DNA of 64,000 nucleotides from Veleropilina oligotropha (Eukaryota): NCBI GenBank assembly GCA_048128005.1, contig JBEUKZ010000129.1, positions 1 to 64,000 of the forward strand, read 5' to 3'. Shown piece by piece: positions 22,884 to 32,179 of this stretch (position 1 is its first letter; each line of letters starts with the position of its first letter). The notes under the pieces were generated by a model. It saw only the letters and a program-made list of their open reading frames with translations, ran no database searches and was not told where the DNA came from. The position numbers and the translations under genes were made by a program.

Positions 22884-24159
22884 TTTCAATATGCAGCTGC
22901 GCGTCCATTATCACGAACATGTAGACGTTCAACGGGCCGGCGGCTTCGCCTGTCTTCGTGATCTGAATCGTAATGCCCTCGCTGGCGTTATCTACTTTCC
23001 GGCCTGACCCATGCAGCTCGTCGTCGTCGGTTATGTGCAGGTCGATCCAGAGTGCGAACTTTTTCGTCAGAAACTCGCCCAGGGTCACGTCGGCCAGCGC
23101 CAAGTCCTTGGCAACCATCGCGACCTCAGGATGGCGTTTGCTGATCGGAGAGGAGGCGAAGAATCTCCTGGCTTCGTCCCACATCTGGTAGGAACGCATG
23201 CCCTGGCTGTATAGTTGATTCGGCACACCCTCAATAGTGACCTCGACCTTCGTGATCTTCGGATTGTAGAAGGCCTCGGTGTCCCTCGCGAATGGTATGG
23301 CGTCTCTCGCGGGATCCTCGAACAGAAGTAGGATACCCTTCATGGATTTCGCCAGTACGTTCAGGTTCAGGTTCCACAAAGTGTCACTCTTGTCTCTCGT
23401 GATCTTACGATGCCGCAGGACACGATCGTAAAGGATCACGAGGCGGCCCGAGTATTGGTTTTTTATCGATCTGGCAAGCTCAAGATTAGTGACCATGTCG
23501 TATTCCAGGCTGATATTGTCGATGACGTAGCTGGAGCTGGGGTCATCGGTGTCCCTGATTGTCCGGGAGTAGTCGTTGAACGTAAGCTCGTACTCAAGAC
23601 AGTCCCCCAACGCACTTTGGTAGAACGGCATGTGGCTCTCCAGCAACTCGAAGTCCAGCGGGATGCGAAACCTATTACCATACGCGTCCGATATAGCTGT
23701 GTCCTCAGAACGTCTGAATGCGCCCTCAGCGCCGACACGATTCTTCGTAGTGTTGTGGCTGTCGCTGGTATCAATACCCTGATATTGGGCATTATTGCGC
23801 TCCCCTGCGGTCTTCCAGAGATCGCAGTAGCAGTGGTACACGTCGGAGTCATCTATAGACATGATTTCGTTCCCACTAATCTTAATCGTGGTCTTTTTGA
23901 TCACGGCGCATCCGATATTCTGAACTACAGTTCTGTTCGGGTTAGCCGAGGTCAGAGAAATGGTAAATGCGAGGTGGGCCGTCCCTGGCACGATTACGTC
24001 GTGAGTCCCGAGATTCGGGAACCGAACCAACAGCTGCTGGTTGGCAGCAATAGTGGAGGGGTTGTTCGTTATGGTGACCGACTGCCGGATACCCTTGACC
24101 CCGAGGGGCTCTCGAAGTCTGCGGTATGGATTCAACGTGCGTCCATACGTGCTGGCCAT
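22855..24159 (-). CDS. Major capsid protein (double jelly-roll, hexon-like)
   Basis: ~434-aa intact beta-rich ORF next to the ATPase (LLVRFPNL, FRIPLDFELL, EAFYNPKITKVEVTIEG, FALWIDL, NVYMFVIMDAQL); size and position typical of Polinton MCP. Confidence 0.8.
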   Translation of the reverse strand: MASTYGRTLNPYRRLREPLGVKGIRQSVTITNNPSTIAANQQLLVRFPNLGTHDVIVPGTAHLAFTISLTSANPNRTVVQNIGCAVIKKTTIKISGNEIMSIDDSDVYHCYCDLWKTAGERNNAQYQGIDTSDSHNTTKNRVGAEGAFRRSEDTAISDAYGNRFRIPLDFELLESHMPFYQSALGDCLEYELTFNDYSRTIRDTDDPSSSYVIDNISLEYDMVTNLELARSIKNQYSGRLVILYDRVLRHRKITRDKSDTLWNLNLNVLAKSMKGILLLFEDPARDAIPFARDTEAFYNPKITKVEVTIEGVPNQLYSQGMRSYQMWDEARRFFASSPISKRHPEVAMVAKDLALADVTLGEFLTKKFALWIDLHITDDDELHGSGRKVDNASEGITIQITKTGEAAGPLNVYMFVIMDAQLHIENGRFVTALY

Positions 24160-24173
24160 GTTGTCTGAATTAG

Positions 24174-25455
24174 ATGGCGGAATTTGAGAACCCCACATTC
24201 GAGCCCGACATCATCGACGATGATGGTGAGGTTGGATCCACGGACTGGATTGAGCCTGTTCTTTCGGAACGGCCACAGGAAGAAACCAGCAGTCAGCGGC
24301 AAGAGTTCGTGAAGGACGTGGTTGATGACTACTACAAAGCCCTGTCGGAGGAGGGGCAGACCTTGCCTACGTGGCGTGATTATTCCCAGTTCGAGTACGT
24401 GGAGGGGGAGGGATTGCGGCTGAAGAAATATCCAAACATCGATCTCATCAATTCTAGATCGAAAAAACCCAATGCTTTGTCAACACTAGCTAACCGGAGA
24501 GGTGGGGGTAGTGCGATCAGAAAAGGGTTGGGATTCGAAGCATGGACGCAGCCAGAGAAGCGGGGGAAAGGGGGACAGAAGCTGTCCTCAAAAGCGGTTG
24601 CAGCTCTGCAGACAGCCAACAATGAGTTGAGCGGTGCGGCCGCTAATGTCGAAAACGTAGAACTGCAGGACTTGGGGCAGACCGCGACAAAGGCCTCGGT
24701 AGCAATCCACACGATGGAGACGAAGTTCACTGATACCGAGGTTGAAGAGTTCTTGAGCACGATGGGGGATCCCCCCTTAAATCTTCGTGAGCTTCGTGGG
24801 CTGGACAAGGCGATGCAGACCATTCGAGGCGAGCTCACTAACAACTTAGCCAAACTAACGGCGCTGGACGAACACATAGAGCTGGAGAAGAGCAAGCTCG
24901 ATCAGGCAGATGAAGAGGGCGGTGTGGAAGACTTTGTTCGTCGACGGATCGCGGAACGTCTGCGCAATTTACATGACGAGAGAGCAGCTCGCCTCGAGGC
25001 AGCCGGGAGGCCCTTCGCTCTCAAATCAGCCGGATCCGAGAGATGCTAAATCGGATTCTCCACTCTGACACAACGCTGGCCGAGCGTATCCGGACCCTAT
25101 TTCGCGAGCAGGGGGTTACAATCGCAACCATACTGACCGCTATTGGGTTGGCTATCTCGACTTTGGTACTAGCCCTGACAGGCGGAGCGCCGAGCATCGC
25201 ACCAACACCACCACCTCCCAGTGGTCAGGGGGGGTCAAGGAGTGGGTCAAAAAGCAGCTGCAGAACCTGGGTCGGATTCTAGGCAAACTAGTGGGGAAGG
25301 CCGCAGCCGCGCTCCCCGGAATACTTGGAAGCCTGATTTCCTGGCTAATCAATCTGGTTGGCAAGACTGCGTCGTGGCTCGCCGAGAATCTGTGGGCTGT
25401 GATTATATCTGTTGGGGGCTTGCTTCTTATTGCCGCTAGACAGTGGGTCACGTAA
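24174..25455 (+). pseudogene. Coiled-coil protein with C-terminal hydrophobic/amphipathic helices, two frameshifts (~25005, ~25230)
   Basis: Three frames join: ...LRELRGLDKAMQTIRGELTNNLAKL... / ...LFREQGVTIATILTAIGLAISTLVLALTGG... / GVKEWVKKQLQNLGRILGKL...LPGILGSLISWL...LWAVIISVGGLLLIAARQWVT*. Confidence 0.75.
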
Positions 25456-26719
25456 GCCAGATGAACGCTAGGCCAACGACAATGCCGCCCACGATAAGTG
25501 TGGTTTTCTCCTCGTCATGTGCCACAGCTACCGCTGGAACAGCTACAGCCAGCTCAGCATTTGGATGCTTCAGAGTGACTACCGGTATGCTTGCATCTGC
25601 GTCTTGTGGAATAACCAATCCTGTTTCTCCAGTCTCCCCAGCGGCGTTGGGCGGCACACTGGCCGCATTGACAGTCATATTAAGACCTAGGGTCTGGTCT
25701 TCCGTGGCAACGACGATCTCGTTGTTATAACCAGCCACCTGCCCGATCCGTAGAAGCATGTTACTTGGCGCCATATAAAGGCCTACGCCGAATACGAAGT
25801 CGACCTTGGACCTGGCATACTGCAAAACGTCCTGGTACCGTTTGATGGCTGATGGGAGGTCTACCGGCGATGCGATGGCGTCCTCGATGTCGGCCAGAAA
25901 CTGTTTCTGTGCGTCAAATGCCGTCCCACTCCCCAGAATACTTGCACGTGTCTGCGCCTGCACTCCAAGAATCGCCCAGACGTAGGTCCTGATGGAGTCA
26001 TTGAGCCTTTCCACGCCGGCCCGGGTAAACCCCACTGACCTGTCCAGAATAAAAGTAGCCCACGAAGTGCCTGCATCCTGTGCTATATAGTCCACGTGCA
26101 GATTCGTGTTGGTCGTACCTTTGGTGAAGGACATTCGGCTTGGATCATACTCACGTCCGATGGGGTGGTAGCCGTTGTTCGTCCAGTAGCTGTAAGCGGT
26201 GCCTAGTCCGCCGTTGGGACCCTTGACACGCCAGTCGGTATGTGGGGACACTCCGAATTCGCTGCAGATCTTTTCATATGCCCTTCGGTCATACGGGGTG
26301 TCGAATGCATCCCACGTCACGTCTTGAGGCAGCGGGGCCTGAATCTCGGTCAAGATCCTTCTGACCTGATAGTATACGTGGAAGGTGAATACAGCAGTGG
26401 AGAGGGCTGCAGTAGCATTCAAGTGGTCTTCTGAGGAGATCCCGGAACCTGTTGTAGCACACCAGACTGCGAAATTGACCTTGTTCTGCCAGAACTGCAT
26501 CGGCGTGGTCTGCCAAGCCCTTATCAGTCGGTCACTCGCGACATGTGGGAGGCGATACTTTTGAAATACGTCGGGATAGTCTGCCCCGAATGCAGTGGTT
26601 GAGCTATTACCCACATTGATGCTTGGTCTCGTAAGCTGCTCATCTTTGATCTGTGCTGGGTACACCACACCGCTCGGATAGGCCGCACTCCTATTAAACG
26701 CAAAGGCGCTCTTAGCCAT
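25448..26719 (-). CDS. Uncharacterised 423-aa protein with C-terminal TM anchor (putative virion protein)
   Basis: Intact ORF; FWQNKVNFAVWCATTG motif; ends HDEEKTTLIVGGIVVGLAFIWLT. Confidence 0.8.
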   Translation of the reverse strand: MAKSAFAFNRSAAYPSGVVYPAQIKDEQLTRPSINVGNSSTTAFGADYPDVFQKYRLPHVASDRLIRAWQTTPMQFWQNKVNFAVWCATTGSGISSEDHLNATAALSTAVFTFHVYYQVRRILTEIQAPLPQDVTWDAFDTPYDRRAYEKICSEFGVSPHTDWRVKGPNGGLGTAYSYWTNNGYHPIGREYDPSRMSFTKGTTNTNLHVDYIAQDAGTSWATFILDRSVGFTRAGVERLNDSIRTYVWAILGVQAQTRASILGSGTAFDAQKQFLADIEDAIASPVDLPSAIKRYQDVLQYARSKVDFVFGVGLYMAPSNMLLRIGQVAGYNNEIVVATEDQTLGLNMTVNAASVPPNAAGETGETGLVIPQDADASIPVVTLKHPNAELAVAVPAVAVAHDEEKTTLIVGGIVVGLAFIWLT

Positions 26720-26726
26720 AGCTACT

Positions 26727-27465
26727 ATGTTTCATACATTAACGAGTGTTCAAGATGGGACCGCGGTTGCCCTCCTTCAACCGATTGATAACCGGGAGGG
26801 CAAGCTATGTGTCAGCTTGCAGTCGCTCGACTATTGGGTCGGCTGGCACAACGTGCACGCCGGAGCCTTCTTTAAGACCCCCGATACCACGGTCGAGGTG
26901 CCGCCAGGTTTCTACAGCTTCGATGACCTCGCCAAGACGATGAAGAGGTCGCTAAAGAACATACAGCTAGACGTAAGCCATGCTACAGGGCTCGCCCGAA
27001 TCGTGGTCCCAGAGGGGACCCGACTCGCGATAAGCGACGATATCAGGAAACTCCTAGGCTTAGACCTTTCTTCGTCCATTCTCGATAAATCGGGGAATCT
27101 GAACCCACCCATTGGAGTACGGGGGGGGCAGACCTCCCCCTCCGGAGAGATCCGAGTGGCTACGTCCTGGGACGTATGACGGGAACAAGCCGGTAGGGTT
27201 TGCCATAGCGCCGACCCTACACGTTCACTTGGATCAGCTCAGTACAACCCACAATGTGAAGGACGGCGCCCCGAGCAATGTTCTCGCGGTGGTCCCTATA
27301 ACGTCGCAGATGTTCGGTGAGGCAGGCCACTATCAGAGCTACCCCGCCGGCCGGCGACTACAGGCCGGGTCACTCACCGAATTGAAGGTGTATGTCACAG
27401 ATGCAGATGGTAACCTGCTAGACAATCACGGCATGCCCATTACCGCAGTCCTTGCGATACAATGA
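26727..27465 (+). pseudogene. Minor capsid protein (penton, single jelly-roll), frameshifted at ~27100-27150
   Basis: VPPGFYSFDDL, LLGL, LHVHLD...NVLAVVP, and C-terminal LKVYVTDADGNLLDNHGMPITAVLAI typical of Polinton mCP. Confidence 0.75.
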
Positions 27466-27832
27466 GCGCCAGCATCTATGGGACCCTCCCCCCCTCCCCC
27501 TGCTTGCAGATGAGCCCTCTTCCCCAACCCGGTGGCACTTCGTTCTTAATTGTGGGGAAGCGCCCAAGAAGGGGCTGGCGAAGAGGGAGTTCATGATCCC
27601 AAACGCTGGAGGTCGGTTTGGGTTAAACCCAGCCCTCCTAATGATCCACCTGACGCCGGTCCAGCCCGCCGGGGGCCCCAAAGCATGTTCTATAAGTAAG
27701 CTTGGCCTGAATTCGGACAGGTTGACCCTCGTCTTCATCATCAAGGCCCCGTGGGTGGGGACCATGTATTTGAACGTAACGGTAGACATGGGGAATCAAC
27801 AGGCTGAACAATACAGCCACGTAGTATTGTGA
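27462..27832 (+). CDS. Hypothetical beta-rich protein (MSASIYG start, probable frameshift in the C-run at ~27490)
   Basis: ATG overlaps the mCP stop (ATGA); its stop overlaps the next ATG (TGATG). Confidence 0.4.
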
Positions 27833-28464
27833 TGGACAGCAAGCCATCAGCGCCAACGCTGTACCCACAGCTTGATGGCGATGTGCTTTCGGAACTGCCG
27901 GAGGCACAATCCTTCTGACTACAGAAAGTGAATGAGCTTCAGGGACAATTAGAACGAGAGAGGGACACACGGGCTGCATTATATAAAAAGTACCGACGAG
28001 GCGTTAATGTCGTTGACGGGATCGACTCTGCCCTGGTCGTGGCGACCCTAGGTATGGGTAGCGCCGGCATTGGTCTACTGTCCACGATCGTTGCCGCACC
28101 TGTTGTCCTAGTGCTGGAACTAGCAGCATTGGGGTGTGGGCTCGCCAGCATGGGTGGAAAATACATTAGCCGACGCCTTCAGGTGAAGGCTAAAAAACAT
28201 GACGAGATTCGAGTTCTGGCCGACAGTAAGCTGAACACCATAACCGACCACGTCTCAAAGGCCTTAGCGGACGGGGTGATGTCTGATGATGAATTCCAAC
28301 TGGTCACAGGGGAGATGGAGAAATACCAAGCCATGAAGGCATCAATTCGGGATAAGAGTAGGAAGGCGCACACCGCGATTTCACAGACCAAGAGCGAGCT
28401 TATTGAGCGTGGTCGTTTAGAGGGTCGCGCAGAGCTGCTGAAAAAAATCGGGGCTGGCGACTAA
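27832..28464 (+). pseudogene. Membrane-associated protein with N-terminal PSAP and LYPxL motifs; in-frame TGA at 27916-27918
   Basis: MDSKPSAPTLYPQL...QSF*LQKVNELQ continues in frame into the 178-aa ORF, which has a long hydrophobic hairpin and ALADGVMSDDEF. Confidence 0.8.
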
Positions 28465-28549
28465 CTATCCAGGTTGAGCGTAGCCACGACTACCCCCCTC
28501 CCCCTCCCCCGTATTAAAGCTAGAAATCGACAGTGATATCTGGACAACC

Positions 28550-28972
28550 ATGAAATCCATGTTACTTCTGTGCATTGCCGCGGTGTGCTGGCTAGGGGGT
28601 GTTTCTACCCAGGCGTCGAGACACGACACTGCATTAATTCTCGAACATACGTGGGCTAGGTACCGAAATCATCCCAGGTATAACGCCCGATTTGACCCCT
28701 TGCGTAGAAACCTGTTACTACGCCTGGGAGATCCCACCCCTGATGTCTCCCCACCGTCATGTCACTACTATGTTATCGGGGAGAATGACTGTCGCCCTGC
28801 CACACCTCCAGATACTGTCACATGTGTCCAGTGTTCGACCCCCTCCCTATGTCCTGGCAAAAATGGGGAGTATTATACCATGCTATCTGGCTGCTTCGGT
28901 GTGTGGAGAAAAATCGGACATCACTCGCCATGCAATTGCACGTTGACATCGGGCAACTTTATATTCATATAA
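28550..28972 (+). CDS. Secreted cysteine-rich protein, cystine-knot (IL-17/PTTH-like) candidate
   Basis: Signal peptide MKSMLLLCIAAVCWLGGVSTQA; 8 Cys in the mature part ending in CNC; intact ORF. Confidence 0.7.
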   Translation: MKSMLLLCIAAVCWLGGVSTQASRHDTALILEHTWARYRNHPRYNARFDPLRRNLLLRLGDPTPDVSPPSCHYYVIGENDCRPATPPDTVTCVQCSTPSLCPGKNGEYYTMLSGCFGVWRKIGHHSPCNCTLTSGNFIFI

Positions 28973-29597
28973 ACAGCTGTGACCTTCTACATTTTTCAGG
29001 TCGATCCATTGTCCGATTTATGAATGAAATACCTCGCAGTGCATGTATCAATGGCCGGCCGACTGTCTATTGTTGACTATCCAGTACAGCATAGCGTTTC
29101 GATTCGCGTATCTCGGGGATTCCCCCTGCCCGCAATGACTTAAAACCATGAAACAATAGACGCCTATAGCATAATGGGTTTCTCAGCGGTTATGAATGAA
29201 GCGCTTCGCCTTTATAAATATCTGGCTATGCCATGTCTTTACAAATATCTCGTCGCGCCTATTATTCCATTGTTACTCTGCTCACAAGCAGCTAGGCTGA
29301 CCCCGTTAAAAATCGATTTTGTGAAACGCATTTCTCGTGGCACAGATAAGAAGAGATTCGCTCCAGATTTGTCATGTCAGCGAGAAATCGGTAACCAGTG
29401 TTTTGATTTCACAAGATTCAGTTACCAGAAAAAAAATTCGTTACAGCTTTCTGGCTGACACGACAGCTTTTGAGCTAAGTCATTGTCACGTGTCACAATA
29501 AAGATTCTCGAGAATGAGGACACTAGGTCAGCCACGGGCTATGAATACACCATTGACACATAGACTATTCTAAGCTGCCCGGCGAGGGTAGTGCGCT

Positions 29598-29791
29598 GTC
29601 TGTACACACGGTAACTTTTTGTAATACACGCTATACCCTGGGGTCTGAAAGGGTGCTGGGAGCCTCCACGGCGGCCGCCCCGCCCCTAGTCTGAACTCCC
29701 TAGTTCCCCTCAGTACAACCCCTCAGTTCTGAAATAGTGCTGGGAGCCGTATTTTCCCATTCTAAAAAGTCCAATCACCCCCCCTGCTGCT
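29598..29791 (-). repeat. Right terminal inverted repeat
   Basis: Reverse complement of the left TIR; followed by AACTAA. Confidence 0.96.
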
Positions 29792-30544
29792 AACTAATAT
29801 ATTTTATAAACTTACATTTACAAATCTGGTAGCAGAAAATTTATACTTATATAGATTTAACTGTATAAATGTCTTCTATTTAAAAAGTGAATACAGTTTC
29901 GAATAGTAGTTTGCGGATCGGTGTGGAAAAACATCAATTCAAACAATCCTTCGTTATACCAGTGTTCTAACATAGAAGACCCCCATATCTGATTGTTGGT
30001 CTGTCGTGGCCTTTCCATACAATGGGAGCACACGTAACTCCAGTTAGCTGATGATTTGCAGCAGCGGCATGCGTACCTCAGTTATATAAGTTGCTAAATC
30101 GAAGCGATATGACAGTCAGAAAATAATAAAATATGTGATATTGATCTGTCATCGATGAAATTGTTGATCACTAGTCATTAGAGTTCGATATCATTTAGAT
30201 GTTACATGTGTATCGACCTATACTATTGATTGACGTGAATAGTTGTTATTTCGTTATTAAATCAATATAAATGGTATATTGAAAGAAAAGGAGACTTTCA
30301 TACTTGTTTACTTGTTTAGCTATTAATGTTAAATAAACGGTAATTTAAGGAGGATTAAGCAACGAATTAAGCAATTTTTTTAAATTAAATTTTGATGAAT
30401 TTACCTACACATTGCACTTAGTTATATTTAATAAATCAACGAACAACGCTATTATATGTTATGATTCATTTATCCGTCATATTTCTATACAAGTCTACCA
30501 GACTTCCTTGCCGTGACTTGTGTCAGTACGGTAATGAAGTAATA

Positions 30545-30640
30545 AATAATAAACTGCCACGCCGTGCGATATCGGCGTTAATGGCTCGAGCGAAGCAAGA
30601 GACATTAAGTCCGATATCGCCGTGGGGTGGCAGGTTAATA
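30545..30640 (+). repeat. Imperfect palindrome of a hairpin-type element
   Basis: aactgccacgccgtgcgatatcgg...gcgaagc...ccgatatcgccgtggggtggcaggtt. Confidence 0.7.
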
Positions 30641-32179
30641 TTTGCCATACATGCCATGAAAATCAATTGTAAATGGCAAGCTGTAACCCCTTAAAATGGA
30701 ATTGCCTATGATAACAGGCCATGCGCATATTTATCAAAACAGTGGACACTTCCATTCACACCCTTTCAGTCCATTGTTAAGCTCAAGAGGTGGGCTCCAC
30801 TCGAGGGAATCTCATTGTTTGGGTAATTACCCTGAACAATGAGGCTCCGTGCTCTCTCAGTCCTATTGTTCTGATATTGAGCCCATGGTATGTATGTACA
30901 ATTAAATTTCTATCGGCCATTTCGTTTCAGCGCGGTGGGGTGTTTATCTTGCAAATCAAATATAATCTCATAAATGCAAATCAAATATAAATGGACCTAA
31001 TTCATACATACGATCCAAGCGTATTGAAATATCATCCGAAACATTCTATGTGTTCGGCATTAACGTTCGAGACAAACGTGAACCCCTGTATTCACGGTTA
31101 CCTTATATATGCTGCGTTTTTTTTACTTTTGGTTACAACCAAAGTGACTTGTGGTTGTAAACAACAAAGTGTTTAACGCTTTGGTTGCAAACAGGTATCT
31201 CTCATTGTGGGCCTAAGCCTAACCAGAGAAACGAACTGTTCCACTGTTTGTGGTTGCAAGATGGCCGCCTACTCGCATAATCTAAAAAACTTACTGGATA
31301 TATTTACCCAATTGAGACATGTCAATAATACCATAATAAAGAACGAAAGGGGCTTTCTTGTGTTTGTGCATGTTGTGCGAAGTAATTCTTTTAAATGTGA
31401 ATATGAATGAGTTAAAATTGCTTATGAAGTTAATTCCGAAACGTTTACAACAGTTGCTGACGTATAATGCATTAATTGCACTTAATTGATTACTAATATA
31501 GCAATATTCACGTTTATTCGTATTTACTTATTTCTAGCGACTAAGGTTATTTGAAGTTACATTAAGCCTGTTGCGAACCCAATGGTCGGGCACTGTTATT
31601 TAATAAAATAATTAAAATGTGGAAGTCCGTTTAATGAATAAACACTTTTCCTTGTATATTTTCCAATATAATAAACAAGATATTTGTCAAATAAGAGGTC
31701 TTCTATTTTGTTTGTCTGCAATCTGATCTTCGAGTACAGGTACACGTTCGCGTTAGATTGCGAAACCTCTCTATTATACTTGCACAACTGCACGAGGGTC
31801 AAGTGTTGTCGATTACGCTATTGTTAATAGTTCTGATTTTAACATTGTGTCTAATTTAGAAGATGAAGGCATGTCTGTGTTTTCTTATTACGCCCCACTG
31901 TCTTTTAATGTGAATGCATGTATTGTTTATCAACCACGTGACGATGACAACAACGTGAATAAGTATATTAATATTATTAAATGGAATGCAGAGAATACAC
32001 CAAAATAAAAAAATTTAATAGAAAGCCAAATGCCTGAAATAAATGATATAATTGATTCAGTTGTTGACGAATCATATGACGTCAATTCAGCAGTAAATAA
32101 GTTAACGGATGTTCTATGTGATGCTACCAAACAATGTTTTGGGCGCACAATTAATGTTTCAAAACCTAAGAGCGGTCAG

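Larger units (their letters stand above)
14573..29791. mobile_element. Polinton/Maverick-like endogenous dsDNA virus (adintovirus-like), full-length, mildly decayed
   Basis: ~200-bp TIRs with AGCAGC...GCTGCT termini; TSD AACTA (or AACTAA); PolB, RVE integrase, packaging ATPase, major and minor capsid genes; intronless, densely packed, visibly GC-richer than the flanks. Confidence 0.96.

Noticed and set aside
23410..24168. 252-aa plus-strand ORF
   Set aside because: Antisense to the major capsid gene
27418..27789. 123-aa minus-strand ORF
   Set aside because: The plus-strand reading fits the ATGA/TGATG junctions with both neighbours better; not fully resolved
29174..29458. 94-aa ORF near the right TIR
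   Set aside because: No recognisable motif, and composition resembles non-coding subterminal sequence
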